From Heptranchias perlo (taxonomy: Eukaryota), in NCBI RefSeq assembly GCF_035084215.1, contig NC_090353.1, positions 10,168,001 through 10,232,000 on the forward strand: a stretch of DNA of 64,000 bases, written 5' to 3'. A program made the translations under genes and the position numbers. Each line of letters opens with the position of its first letter. Position 1 is the stretch's first letter. The notes under the pieces are model-generated. The model was given only the letters and a program-made list of their open reading frames with translations. It was not told the DNA's origin and made no database searches. Positions 1-14,199 of this stretch are shown piece after piece.

Positions 1-3000
1 AATGGCGCCTTCTTTGTCCTCCGTTCTCATGAAATATGGTAGTAGGTGCAAAACTTTTTCAAATTTTAATTCCTGACAAAAGTATAACTGTGAGCCAATC
101 GTTTTCAATAATGAAGCATTTACAGTATACAGTACAAGAATGGAGCAGGTGGCTTTAACACATTTGCCAAATTTCTATGTGAAAGGAGCATGTCGGTTGG
201 GAAGTTATGATGTATTACAGGATTAATTCTACTTGTAATATCATCCTGGAGGTTCAAAGCTTTGAACGTATGTAGGTTTGTTGCACCCCATCTAGTGAAC
301 TCCATTGCATTTCTTTTTTTTAAAAAAAAAACTTTTTTGTTTTTTGCATAATTGACACGCTAAGCTGGGATAATGCATCAGAATAGAAAGTACTTAATGT
401 TTTTTTTCATGCAGGTTAGCTGTCGACACAAAGCTTTGTTAAAATAGATTTAAAGAAGACTAATCTAAAAGTTTTTTCAAACTGCCTTTGAACTTCGTTA
501 ATGTTCTGTTATTATATAATTTCTTTTCATTTTGTTTCCTTTGTTTTGTTTGACTTGATTTTACTTTTGCATTTATGATCATTAAATTTGTTTTGTTTTG
601 CTCCAATTTTGTTTTGTTTTTGTTTTTTTTTCAGTTTTAAAGTTCATTTGCTGTTTAGCGCTTCAAATTTTTATTTTACAATTTGGGGTAGGAATTGAGG
701 GGCCAGTGTGCAGACAGGCACCTGATCTTTAGGTACCCTGCCAAAGAGTTTTACACCTTATGCTGAAGTGGGCTTCACAGAGCATCTATTTTTATAAACA
801 AACTTTTTACAGGAGTGCTAGCAGGGGATTTTGAGTGGAAAGTTTTGTATGCCAACTGGTGAGCTTTTAAATAAATTAACCAGACGAACCTTCAGTAGAC
901 AGATAGCTGTAGCCGGCTTTTAAATCTTTGTCAGAATTAAATGCAGACACAAATCCACTGGTCCTGTTTGAGTGAGGGCAGGTTGCATGGAGGGAAGAGA
1001 AATTTTATTGCTTATGTTAGCACATGATTATGGATAGTGCTAAGAAGTGGTTTGGAGAAGCTAAACTTCTTAAACCCACAGTAAACGCACAGTCAGGCTT
1101 AGTCTCAAACCTTTGGCAAAGGGAACTGACACCAAATGTAGCATTGCTTTTAACCTTTATCTTTGTGCCAAACACACTGGTGTGTTTAAACACCAGAATG
1201 GAATTTTTGAGTATTATTTCTTCAATTTATACAGGAAAGAAGTTAGGGTATCTCAAAATATTGATAATTAAACTGTTGTGGACTTTCAGCTGAGCTCCTT
1301 TTCTCATCCCCCAGCTCCCTAGTACTTCAAAACTCCTGGAGGAAGGAGCTGTGGAAAAACACACTTAATTTTTCATGTGCAAATATAATTTGGACCTTTA
1401 CAAATTGTAGGGAAGGTACTACAATTTCTGGGAGCTGAGGGCAGTCAGGCATCAGATTAATAGAGACTGATTTATGGTTCTCTGATTTCTCATTGCAGGC
1501 CCTTTTCCTCCTAACTTTGCCCAGTACGTTGCAGTCTCCAGTACTAGATGCAGTTCACTCTTATTCAGATAACAAGCTGATGACAGTGACATTTCAGATT
1601 TTGCTTTAATGCTATTGCCTGAATATCAATTACATTGTGGTAGAAAATAGAAGGACTGTTTTCCACACCACGAGTAACGTTTGAGAAGTAATTTGTATCT
1701 GAAGTAATTAAGAATAGTTTGCTGGAGGAGAATAACAAAGCAGTTGGATTGTCTTTGTGCATGTATGTAGACTGCCACCACAATCTGCCTTTTTAAATTT
1801 GGTTCAGAGCTAATTATTCACTAGTGCAAACTGATTTACTATTCAGCCAACTAAATGCCTGCAGTTACTCAACCATATTCAGCAAGGGAACCCAGTTGTG
1901 AAGAGAGAATCTGGCTGACAGTTTGTGCATTTGTTTGAGAGCATACATTTTCTGGCGAGATCAGGTTTAGTTTGTAAGAAGAATGATTTTGGCTAGGCCT
2001 TTGTAATACTCTGCACTATACCTCTTTGCCACAAAGATATGTGGCAAAAGTTGCTTTTGGCATATGTGTGTGGTTGAAGTGATAAAGCTTTTGATACCTG
2101 AAATGTTTTCATGGATTTCTAGGCCAATTTGCCTGTAATGACAAGTCAATAATTATACTCACTGACAAGTGAGTGGTCAACAATTAATTTCTTTTGTGTG
2201 GCTTGAGGACTGATGGTGAATTACTGGTTGGACACGAGTTATAATCGTTGCTCCATGTCCTCCAATCTGACACACTTGAGAGCTCAGTACAGCCTGGCCT
2301 TAAATCAAATGGATTTAACTTGCATCTATCTTCATCCATAATTCACACACCCTGTTTATTTACTGCACAGCATCTGGTGAATATGAATTGGCTTCTGGCT
2401 AATGCCATGTTAGCTTCTAAGATGTGACGTTATGAAAACCAACTCCGCTGCACTTTTTTTCAAAAATATAAACTGAATTAGATACAGCTCTAGCTGCAGT
2501 TAAAGGATATCCGACACAGCCGCAGCTAGTCACCCTCTGGGCTATACTGTCTTGTTTTGTGCCCACAGTTTTGTTATGTTTGGGAGGGGTGGGGGGAAGC
2601 ATTGATGCTTTATCCCAATAGGACACTAAATTATTTTCCATATTTAAAGCAAAAACAAGTGAAGTTAAACTGAAGAACTAGACCCTGGGGTGCATCTCCT
2701 GATAGTGGTTCATAACAGATCAGTTGTCTTTTTGTAAAAGGGTATGATTCACTATTTTAATTTTGCTTACGAGCCACATTGATTCCTGGATTATATCAAT
2801 TTGCAGGGATATCTATATGCGTCAGCACTCCTAATTTATTACTGTTCTAACTGGTTATTCCAATGTTGCAAAGCCTCTATAGTTATCTGTACCACTTACA
2901 CTGTGATTACAGGATAACAAAGTAAAAGTGTAGCTGTAAAGGGTTTTTCTCTGGCTTAGAAATCTTTACAGTCTTTTTTTGATAATTCTCCTCTCTATCA

Positions 3001-4489
3001 GTACTTGAATTCCCAAAATAGTTGGACAGATATGCAGCACAGGACAGGTTAGTTTATCAACAACACTGCTGCACTTAATTCCATATTTCTTTTTTTCCCC
3101 CTCCATCCCCCATTGTACATCTTTTACCTAAGGTAAGATTTCAGGATGCGCTTTGCTCCTCCTTAATGCTGCAAAAATTTGTTCCCTGCCATGTATTTTC
3201 TTTGTCTTCTCTTCCCCCCGCCCAAAGAAAAAAGCATGCTTCCAGTGTGAACATAATTTATTCTAATGTTCAACCATAAAGCATGTGACATGGAGAAATG
3301 ATGGTTTCTTGTACTTAATTAGTGACATAATCAGAAGGACAAGGGTGATGTCTGAGCTACCTTGGACCAATTGAAATGATTCCCTTCACTATTCATGGCA
3401 CTTTTCTAGATTGGTTCTCTCCAAACTGTTTTGTGCTATTATTGATTCTTAGGGAAGTGCTGTAAAATATGTTTTGAGGAGCCACAATTTATAGTCAATC
3501 TTCCTCTGTTTTGCACCCATACATTAGCCACAAATGACTGCTAATCCCCCACTATAATATAGCTCTGATTCCCAATGTTATAATTAGGCATCAATGATTT
3601 AGGTTCAAACACTTGGACTGGGGTCCTTAAGATATATGTTAATGAATGCAACTGTACCAGTAAAGTTGGGTTAGTGACAGCTGAATGTTACCACTTGCAG
3701 ATTAACCGATTGGCTTGGATAACCAGGCTGTCTTGACAGAATCTGTGAAAACACAGCTTCAAATTGCTGGATTCCTTGTGGTAATTCCTAGTTGTAATCT
3801 GGTGTAAAAGAACTGCACCAAAGCTGAGGAATGTTGGTAAAGTCATGCTGCCAGTTGGATCTATAATGCTACTCACGTGTGTTCTGGAGTTCAATTCCTC
3901 CAGGTTGCCCATTTGAAGATTAGGCTGGTCACCTCTAAGGCAAATGCTTCGTTAAATTTTCAACTCTCAGACGCCCCCACCCCTACACAAAAGCGAATGT
4001 GTAGGTCATGTCAGTATTGTTCATGTTTATAAAATACTCAATTTGAAAACTAGTTACTGAATTTTAGGGATTTGTTTTGGAAAAGGACAGGCTGAAAACC
4101 GTGCAGACCTCAAAATTAGAATGCTGCTTGGAAACTGAAGCAGTCTGTAATTATTTAGTTCACTGCATCCTTACATGTTGTTAGGGCATTAAGTCTGTTT
4201 CCAGTTGTCAGGAAGTTTAACTGGGGGGTGCAATCAAAGTAACATTGGTCTTGGATGGTATCAGTTTGACTATTGTTTCTAGATCTCTGAATTCCAGTGA
4301 ACAGCCCTTCAGGTTTATTTGCATCTGCAGTACGTCCTGTGTGGGATAGTTTTCCACTTTCTTTACCATGTTCGAGATCTAAACTAGGTTACATTTGTTA
4401 CTTTCAGCAATGTGGGGAGATAGTTATCAAGTTCTTACTTCATCAAGGGGCTTGTTATAGATCAGTCAGCAGCCCAGCGAATTTATCCA

Positions 4490-4860
4490 ATGAGTAGCTG
4501 AGCCATACAGATGAGGAAGGCGCCTGGTCTGTGCTGAATTAGCTGGTCTCAGCCAGGGCAATGGTTGGTGCACAACAATTGGCCTTGGCGCTCGAGTTAG
4601 GGAAAATCAGGCGTGGTTCCCACTCCTGGTCCCAATGCAGAAGCCCCTGCTGGAAGTGGATGTTAGATGAAGATAGGATTGTACTTGGCTATGATGATCC
4701 TTTCTCTGCCTTTGCCCCCCCCCCCCCCCCCCCCCAAGTAAAATAGCCCACTGATAAGGCTCACATGAGTAATGGCCACTTAGGGAAGTTACTGGAAGAC
4801 ACACACCATATCAGTAAGGCTTCAACTCCTTCAGGAAAGGAGGGTTGTAAAACTGGCATG
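4490..4860 (+). repeat. Old unclassified SINE-like interspersed repeat (related copies at ~15040-15340-, ~18040-18280-, ~27190-27365+, ~30940-31220-, ~38740-38890+, ~39350-39700+, ~45310-45630-)
   Basis: Shared motifs ctggtctgtgctga.ttagctgatctc, caattggcctcag, gtgaggacaggat, gaatggccact recur at these positions. Confidence 0.55.
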
Positions 4861-7800
4861 GAAAAAAAGAGACTACTTCTGACCCAGTTATTAGGCAGAT
4901 TTTATTAGAGCAGTTGGATAGTGCTCAGTGGCTTTTGCTGTACTAGTGGTATGAATTATTTTTATCCCCCTTGAAGAATCTAGCCACCCATTCTGAAACG
5001 TAACTTTTTTTTAGCATTTCAAATAAATCAATTTATATCTTAAAGTAAAGCTGTTTAGTCTGCAATAGATGTCATTTTTGATAAGTTTTCAGTTTGGTTG
5101 TATTTTCAAATTCTAACTCCATCTTAACTGTCAAATGTACTTGTTCCATGCTGTGATGTGTAACATGCTTTTGGCGGAAACAAAAAAGGAAAGCATTAAT
5201 GGAGGTGTTCTTTGTTCCCTGTTATCCTGAGGAAATAGTGGTTGGTTGGTTTTGCATTTCATTATCTGGGTGCCTGTTAAAACATGTATGAAGACAGTCT
5301 TTTTATATAAAGAGACCAGCTGTCTAAAGTCACTGCTTTGTGCACTCAACATTTGATGGATTTAAACCTGTGTTGAGTTGTTATCGAAGAACAATCTGAA
5401 TTTGCCACAAAGGGTAGTGATTGAAAAGGGTATTAATTTGAGAGCTTGGGAAGGAGGAGGGAAGGGAGAGAGCCTGGCCCATGTACAAAGGGAAGTTCTT
5501 CCTGGTCCCAAAATGAAATAAATGGGTGTTGGCCTACCTGAATTCTTTGTTTTTTAATGTACCTTGGAGTGATAGATTTTTTTAACAAGGGGAAGGTATA
5601 TAGAGGTGGATATCAAGCCGGGCCTGTAATTATTAACAGCTAGTTTTTTGAAAAGAACAATAACAGTAGATGTTAGATCCCCAACCAAGCAGCTGGAATG
5701 GAGACAGGACCAGTGGATATTAAAAGCCTCCAATAGCTAAAGTGGAGGCAGTGCCAGTAGATCTTTGTAATCCTTCTCCCCAACACCCACAAAAAGGAAA
5801 AGAAAGGCAGTAAAGGCTTCACATGCCCACCACACTAATATTGGGAATGAAAACGGGACCAAGTGATAGTTATTAGCACCACCCCAAGAAATAACGCAGA
5901 GAGTCAGAGACAGGCTGAGGTGATGTATGCAGTTTCCTGACCAACTAGCTAGATTGGCAGCAGCGCTGGGCCTTTCATTTATTTTGGTTGCCTCATTTTA
6001 AAAAAAAAAAATTTATATATTAAATATTACTGTGACCAAAAGTATGGATATTCAGTCGTAGTGTTATCTACAGAATACTTTTAGATTTGATGTTGTCTCA
6101 ACTAGTTTTTGTTCTCTGGGTTGTGCTTGTATAGCTGTTAATGGGAGTCTCAGAATGATATGATGTAGAATGCAGTAGGCATCATGCACTTACTTGAATC
6201 CAACACCTGGAGTCAACAGAAATGCAGCAACCTGTTTGTTCAATGCCTTTTTATTTATGTGTGTGTGTAATTTGTGCACACACACAAAACTTCTTGAAGT
6301 CAAAATTCAAACTGAACATCAGTTCTAACCCCATGACCTGCTGAAGGTACAAGGTGTTAAATGCTGCAAAAATTGTTTCTTATACAATCCTTGTATCTCC
6401 AACAGGTATAAATGCTTTGTATTCACTGTAGAAGGTGCCCAGTTTAGTTTGTGGTTTATTTTGAACTGCCTTTTTCATGAAGGATCTCTTAAATTTCAAA
6501 CATACCTCTTTTTTATAGAGGAAACAAACAGCACTTTAAAAGAGTATTCCTTTAACAGCTTTGAATATCTGTGTTCCCCCTTTTAATGTGCACAATGATA
6601 CACTAATGTCCAGTCTTGTGACGTTTGTTCTAAATGACGGTTAAGGTTAGGCAAAGTTGACTTGTAATTTCCTTATCCTAAATACTTTAAATCATTGACA
6701 TTTGTGGCACAGTGATCTCATCTGGGGAATGTGTTCATTTGGGCACTACTTTTTGTTTTGCTTTGCTACTATATTTTATTAAATTGTTGAAGCTGAAGAA
6801 GAATGGAGGTGCAGTGTAGTGTAACTAATTGGATAAGGGGATGTATTTCAATTTGAGGGGTAGGTGGATTTTCTAGCTGAAACACCAGAAATGCAACAGG
6901 GCCTGGACTTCAAAGGATGAACCTTAATTTACCATTTTGGTCAACTGCCAAACTTCTGTAAAATACATATGATGGTCGACAGTTTAGCTTTTGTTTTGCA
7001 CTAATATTCAGTTCTAGATTATAGCTGTTTACAGACAACTTTGTTTTTTGTAGAAACAGCACATAGGGTGCTCAAATTAACTTTTTTTTTACAAGAAACC
7101 TGTTTGAGAAGTCTGAATGATTACACTGAAGTTGCAAAAAAAAACCACCTAGCCCATTTTTATAGTTTCGGATTGAATTCTGAACGTATTGGTTGAGTTA
7201 AAATTAACCACACTAATTTATGCTTTGCCTTAACCGGTACATGTGTGGTACAGTACCATGAGTTCTGATGCATGCATTGGCATGTGCGACGGGGCAAGAA
7301 GACAAATGGGGATTTGAATCTCGCTGTTTACAGCCTGATTCAGATGCATGTACACCTTTGACAGTTTTTAAATTGGCCCCCAAGTGTTTTGCACCCAATG
7401 GACATGGGGATAAATTTGCACTGTTCAGATGGTTACTTTTGAACTTGAGCCAAGTTACAAACCGGACTGAAATGCTGTAATGTAAATGAGGCTAAAATCT
7501 GAAAGGATTACTTTTAAGAATCTTCAGAAGTGTTAAGGTGGCACAAATATTCATGCTGAATCTGCTGTACCTTAGTACAGCTTGAACAAAAGCTCTGGAG
7601 CTGGACAGTACAAGCATGGTGGGAGATTCCATAATTTAGTACCCTAATATACATGACATCAGACCATGTGATAGCCACTGCAAGTAGAAGTACCTTGTAT
7701 CTGATAATGCTACTAACGTGAATATTCAGCACCACAAGTACTGAAAAACGGAGTCGTTCCAGAGTGAGACTGCAAGAAGCACAACAGAACTGGGAATGTT

Positions 7801-10800
7801 CCGGGGATTGGAAAAGTGGTACAAAAGAGATTGGATATTTGTCCGGAGTACCCTGGGAAATCACAGTCATCAGTTTTGAGATGTAGCCAAAAGGAAGGGG
7901 AGGGTGTAATGTATTTTAAAGTTGTATGTTACATTTATTTCCTTTTTTTTGAAGAGTTAAGTATTGCATGGCAGCTAGTAGGAGTTATTTTTCATTAATG
8001 CAGTACAAGGTATAGTTCCCGGCAAGGTAGATGTGCCTGGGCTTGATGTGTACTGTGAGTTGGTGGATGTAAATGTTTAAATACTGTTGCTTTATTTTAG
8101 TTTGCTACGAAGCCAGAAGGCTGTTTTAAGTTATTAAACATTTTTGTACTTAATTTATTTTCTCACCAATATTAAATTATGTTTGATTCTGTTTTAAAAG
8201 ACGAGTCTGACTGAACTCTTGATTTGCTTTTCTACACAGTTTCTGAAGGAAAAATAGTATTCATGATTTTTTTTTCAGGTTTTAAAGATGGAATTAAATT
8301 GTGTATCACATGGCTGTCTTAAGTTGCCTAAAAGGGTTAAACTAAAGGGTTTAAAATAGAAAGCATTTCTAAATGTTTTTTGAGAATTTTGTTCCCATCG
8401 ACGTGAACTTTACTCCAATACCAGAGTGGTTCAGTGAAGTGTCACGTAATGGCCCCACCACTTGACCATATTTGCACTAATGCCATTATATTACTGGTGT
8501 TTCACTCAGATTTTCATGGATCAGTTTTGGGCCTTATGCTTGTGATTAGCCATAACACACACTTGTGTCTAAATATTCTTACAAAACACTTTGGTGTTTC
8601 CTCTACTACTATTGATATATTTAATTAAATGCAGCGAAGTCTGGAAAATTGGTTGGTGAAGCTTAAGTAGGAATTAAATTTACATTGGGGAATCAATGAA
8701 TTAATCATACCAGGGGCAATCCTAAACTTCAGTTGCTTTTAAGGACACTGCTTCCTCCATCTGCAGTTTTTTTTCCCTCAAAATTGAACCTTTAAAATAG
8801 CTTTCATCAGGCTGTTCAATTCAGGTACATAATATAAATGATAAAACTTTAATCTGAATTAATTGACTATTTAATTGAAGTAACCAAGCACAGGTCTGAC
8901 TGCAGTAGCAGATGCTTTACTTTAAACAATGCAGTGTTTTCAGCTGTGGTTTCATGGACATTGCATGCCACTAAACTGGCCTACAATGATTTTCAGTAAC
9001 CCTGTCTGACTCCATGCCAGGTGTGACTTTCCATTTCAGAGAAATGCAGCCAGCATTTCTAACTTGTCTCAATACAGGATGAGTCTAATGTACATAGTCC
9101 ATTCCATCGCAGGATGAATATGCACTTACCCCTTTATAGATTTGCTGCGGAGAATTTAACATCACTCAGACCTACCATGCAATATTCTCTTTCCCACAAA
9201 CTAATGTGCCACAATAATACGTCCATAGTTTCCTGTGGAACGTAGTGCAGCACTTTTTATCTTCCGTTCTGCCTAGTGATTTCAATGAATGAACTTGTAC
9301 TTCGAGTTTGAGTATTTGTGGAAAGTTTGCAGTTTCTTAAGTATAGATGATCAGTGTCTCAACTCCTTTGTACTGGTCAGAATACCCCTACAAGAATTTT
9401 CAAGGGTTTGAAGAGAAATGGAAAGTACTGGTAAACTCCTTGACTTTAGTCACCTCAGATTTGTGACTGTTCATTCGGAGTCATTAACCTTGCTCTACAG
9501 GCTCAATGTTTGCCTTTAGCTCTAATTCCTCTTGCTGAGGGCAAGAAGTCATTGAGATGGGATTTGTAGTTTTACTGCTGGGTGCCATCCCCTGTGCACT
9601 AAGAGTGAATATCAATGGATTATATCAGTGTTGCTAAAGTTGATGATAGGGGGCGCAGAGAGGAAAAGCATAAGAGAAGCAAGCATGACGCCAGAACAAC
9701 AGATGGTTCTTTAGACATCAGGTACAGATCGTTCTGTCCTGCGGATCCTTGATGCACCATGTATTTAGCCTCTGATCATTTTACAACTACTAGCAAGAGT
9801 GCTCCCAAAATAGCAGACATCTGTGTCTCAGAACCAGATGATGACAAGGAGAGTCCATGCTCAACTCGAGAGGAGAAGCTCCATCCACCAATGAGGACAA
9901 GTCTACACTGATACTGATGTAGTTTTTGCGTTTGTTGCAGGAACAACTATCAATGTACCAATGCCTGGCCCAAGAGTGCCACAGTGTTGAATTACAATAT
10001 GAGGAGTTCACCTGGTTCCTACTGCTCTGTGGCAGCTGATAAAAATGTGATTCTCCAAGAACAGTGTGCTGTTATTACAAATCATTACAATTGGAATTTG
10101 CCGTCAGGAGAGCTGCATGGACTATTTGGTTCAGTTACTATCTTAATCATCCAAACTGGCCATTTCAGTGAAGGAATCTTGTGTCTTCAACCACTAGTGC
10201 GTCTTGTGGTGGTGCTGCCCAATTAGCAACCAAAGATCACAATTACGTCTTAAAAGTTGCATAATTGGTTGTGGCTGTGCTTGTTAATTTTAGGGATATA
10301 GTCCCACTGAATATATCTGGGTGCCTATTTTTGTTCCCCCCCCCCTCCCTTGTTCAATGGCTTATCTAAGAAATTAAGCAGGTACTTCAAGATGCAGAGA
10401 CAAGGACTGCTGTGTGCTACTTTGATGATTACGTTTTGGCCCATTGTGGATTTTGCAAAGATCAAGTTATCAAGAGGGAAAAATATTTGTAAAGTGACAA
10501 TTATCATCATAAGGCAGATTCGTACCTTAAAAAAAAATCCTGTTCACTCATCTTGAAAGCTACAGTAGTTGAGAGATATACTGCAATATCTAGTTCCTAG
10601 TACCAATCTAATTCTATCACAACACAAGTATTTAAATGAATAATTAATTAGAGTGGCTATCCCTTGTTTTAGAATGATTTATTACAGTCCATATTGAAAT
10701 TACAAAACTGAATTAGTGCCAGGATCAAGTGTGATGTCTGTTTATTATGCAGGAGTCTCCTATTGATAAAGGATGCTTTGCTGGTGACAATCTGCCTCAG

Positions 10801-10809
10801 AACAGGTAA

Positions 10810-11235
10810 AAGAATGAATTTACATTTATCTAGCACTGTACCATGTCCTAACAATGTCCCAAATGCTTTATAAGCGATGGATCACTTCTGAAGTATAGTT
10901 ATTCATGTTATAGATAAATGCGGAAGTCAACTTGTGCAAAGCAAGGTCCCATAAATGAATGAATGGCCAGATGATCTGTTTTTGGTGGTGATGGTTGAGA
11001 GAGGAATGTTGGCCAGGACAATGGAGAGCTTCCTCCTCTTCAAATACTGCCAGGGGATCTTTTATGTCCACTTGAGTAAGCAGATGGGGAGGGACCTTGG
11101 TGTATCACATCCCATTTGCAAGATTGCACCTCTGACAATGCAGCACTTTGTCAGTACAGCACTGGTGTTGCCCTAGATTAAGTGCTTAGCCCACAACCTT
11201 CTGACTCAGAGGCAAGGGTGCTAATTGAGCCAAAC
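10810..11235 (-). mobile_element. Deu-domain SINE (SacSINE1/AmnSINE1-like)
   Basis: Recognised motifs gggatcttttatgtccac, cagcact..ctcagtac, cccacaaccttctgactcagaggc...ctgagcc (tRNA-like head on the minus strand). Confidence 0.65.
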
Positions 11236-13215
11236 TGGCAGTACCTTTATTCCAGTCAGTGGGGAAAAGAGTACCTCCAGGAACGAAGCAGGAAAGTTAC
11301 TGCAAGTTATGGTCTCTTGGTTTAGACAGCTGGAGCCACTTGTCAACTATCTAAGTACCAACTGGAAACTTGAAGCCTCAGTTTTGGAACCAGGTTTCAA
11401 ATCAAGCAGGAATCTGACCTCTGGATGGTGTGACTGTACTTTGTGCCAGATCAAAAATCAGTGAGTACTTCTCATTAGCTTGAGTCATCGTTTTGTGCCT
11501 GTGTGTTTAGGAGACCAAATTGGTTGAACTTGGACCAATTGTTTAATTTCCCTCATAGCTAAGGGTAGACTTAAGATTCAGTTCCTAATGAATGATTAGG
11601 GATGGCATGATAGGAGTCAGGCTGTAATCAGTTTTTTTTTTCCGTAAGTACTGAAACATTAACATTTCATATCACAGCTAGTTTGAAATGTTCAAACTTT
11701 GACTTTGTGAGTTACAAAGGTGTACACCATGAATCTTTGGGGACCAATTATAAAGTTTAAATCCACCTTTCCGTTAACTTGTGTGTATCTGAAGTTGCTG
11801 ATACTGACATATCAGTGTTAGAATTAAGGATTTATCCAATATTAAGGCAACAGTGCTAAAAACATCCCTTTTCCAACCTTCGGGGCTACAAACGGGACAA
11901 GCCAGCCAACATGAAATCAGCAGAAAATAGAATAGTTGCCTGTGTTTTGTAGGTTGGATTAATGGGGCTTGGGGGCTCCATTTCGCCTATGGTCTGTAAT
12001 ATGGACACTTTCCTGAGTCAGCAGTTCTAAAGTACTGCATTGTAATAGGTAGGATGAGGCCAGAAGAGCCCAACCAAAGTCCAAATTATCATTCGATACT
12101 AAGTTAGACCTAGTTCAGGGGCGCCAAAAGTGTGGCTCATGGGCCACATCTGGAAACTGGCCAAAAGTCCAGGCAACTGGGTTCTATTTGAAACAAAAAC
12201 AGAAAATGCTGGAAGCAGAACAGATCAGCCCACATCTGTTGAGAGAATGGTCAGTTGACGATTTGAGTTCATACTCTTCAAGTGCTTACTTCTTTGTTGG
12301 TTTGAGCAGTTTGAATGTTGTGGCCCTAAAAGATTGGAAAGGGGAGTTCTTACCACTGTTGCCTCATTGGTGGATAAATGAGGCACTTAAAAATGAAACA
12401 CTATTGTGGCCCAGTAGATTCATATCTTATGTGGCCTGGAGGCTGAGTGTTAGAATGTTGTTGTAAAAGGGAACAGGGTCCCTAAGGAGTGATGTTATAT
12501 TCTATGGGTCAGAATTTGAAGAAGTGGGCACGTGGAGTCCCCTGTAATTTGAAGCGGGCACATGGAGCCTCAGTATTGGAGCTGCTAATGTGAAATATGG
12601 ATGAGATGAAAAGAAAAAAAAATCACCTTTTGTTGAAGGGCCATCTTTTCATCTTTGTTTCTGGGTAGCATATGAGCCTTTGCCAATGAGCTGACCACAT
12701 GCTCTGAGCTCAATCTTAAATTTGGCTCATTTATTTTTAACTACGTCAGGAATGATTGGATTTGACAGCTTTCTGACCCCTAAAGAATAAACTAATTAAA
12801 AAGAATTAAAATAGGATTTTGTTTTAAGCCAAGTTCAGCATAGTTCAACTTTCTGGCGTTTACACTTTCTAGTAAAAGACTAATATCCAGAATCCAGGCA
12901 CGTTATGGTGGACAAACCACATCATTTGTCTGATGACCTGCAACAAAAGTGCGGCCAAAACAGGCATAACACATCACGTGTTTTATATTTCAACAAAAAA
13001 ACGCACAATAGGAAAATGATTTTATTTTTAAAAATCATCGCTCTGCATTGTATGTCATCTGTATAGGAGTGATTTGTATTAGGGTATTTAGGAACCTTGT
13101 TGTACAGATTGTTTTTATAAGAAGTTACTGTTTTTATGTCCCGTTTTCACTAAAAATGCACAAAATTGCTGTACAGTCCAGTGGAAAAACAGCAGGCCTG
13201 AAGTATGTAGACTGG

Positions 13216-13221
13216 AATAAA
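13216..13221 (+). terminator. Candidate poly(A) signal of the upstream gene
   Basis: AATAAA preceded by several TGTA motifs and followed by T/GT-rich sequence. Confidence 0.45.
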
Positions 13222-13844
13222 TACTCTTTGAAATAACGCTCCGGTTCCTTTTTAATGACCTTTACTTGTGTTTTCCATTTTGATTGCCTTTATTCTGCAC
13301 TCAGGTCTGACAATTGGCCTAAGCACTTTGAAAACCCATTTCACAGAGCACTGGGGTTGTACTCCCAATGGGGCCGATCCCAAGTGGGGTAGAATGGCCT
13401 CCTGGAGGGGGGCCATGTTCTGCTCGGCTTTAACAGGTTCTGGGGTCAGATCACGACTTGGCTGCAGTGTTACACTGCCATTTTTGTGTTGCACACTCAA
13501 AAGCGCTACACGTTGGCATGTAGGTGTCAGAATAACTAGCCTTGGGGAACTGTCTTGAACTTTAACCAAGGAATTTCTACAATTGTTACTGATACCTGAA
13601 ACATGTCACAGCACAAACCTGGACTAATTTTTAACTAGTATGTAAAAAACACGTAGAAAAATTTAGGAATTTTTTTTTAAAAAACATCAGTTACTTTGAG
13701 TTTGGATCCCAGAACAGTATATACAGGTGTCAAGGAGATGTGAAATTTAGAAGAGGCCTTGTGCAAAGTAGGCAAACAACATTCTTTGACCATGTTTGGT
13801 TCTGACTTTTGATCAGCTTGTGTGAGGCAGTTTTACAAGTCTTA

Positions 13845-14165
13845 TATTGGCTCCTTGTGCCCAAAGCGTTAAATTTAAAATCCTTTCCCTTGTCTTCAAA
13901 TCCCTGTATGGTCTCACTTCATCGCTGTCTCCACAACCTCCTTCAGCTGTGCCTCTTCCTCCCTCACACTTCAGCTCTCTGACTCTGGCCTCTTTTATGC
14001 ATCCACCCTTCCTACCGTCTCACCATTGGTGGCGGAGCCTTCAGCTGCTTTGGGACTGCTTACTTTCTGGACTTTTCTGCCTCTTCACTTTCTCGTCATT
14101 TTTTTTAAAAAAACCTTCTCAAAGCCCATCTTTTTGACTAAGCTCTTGGTCACCTCTCCTAAATC
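13845..14165 (+). mobile_element. L2-type LINE 3' fragment
   Basis: FKILSLVFKSLYGL, the L2 ORF2 C-terminal motif. Confidence 0.7.
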
Positions 14166-14199
14166 TCACACCATGGTTCAGCATGTTTTGTTCATTTTT

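Larger units (their letters stand above)
1..13240 (+). other. Probable long 3' UTR / terminal region of an unidentified upstream gene
   Basis: AT-rich, repeat-poor, no credible ORF or exon; U-rich tracts, miRNA 8-mer-type sites, TGTA motifs, and AATAAA at 13216-13221 after which repeat density rises. Confidence 0.4.
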
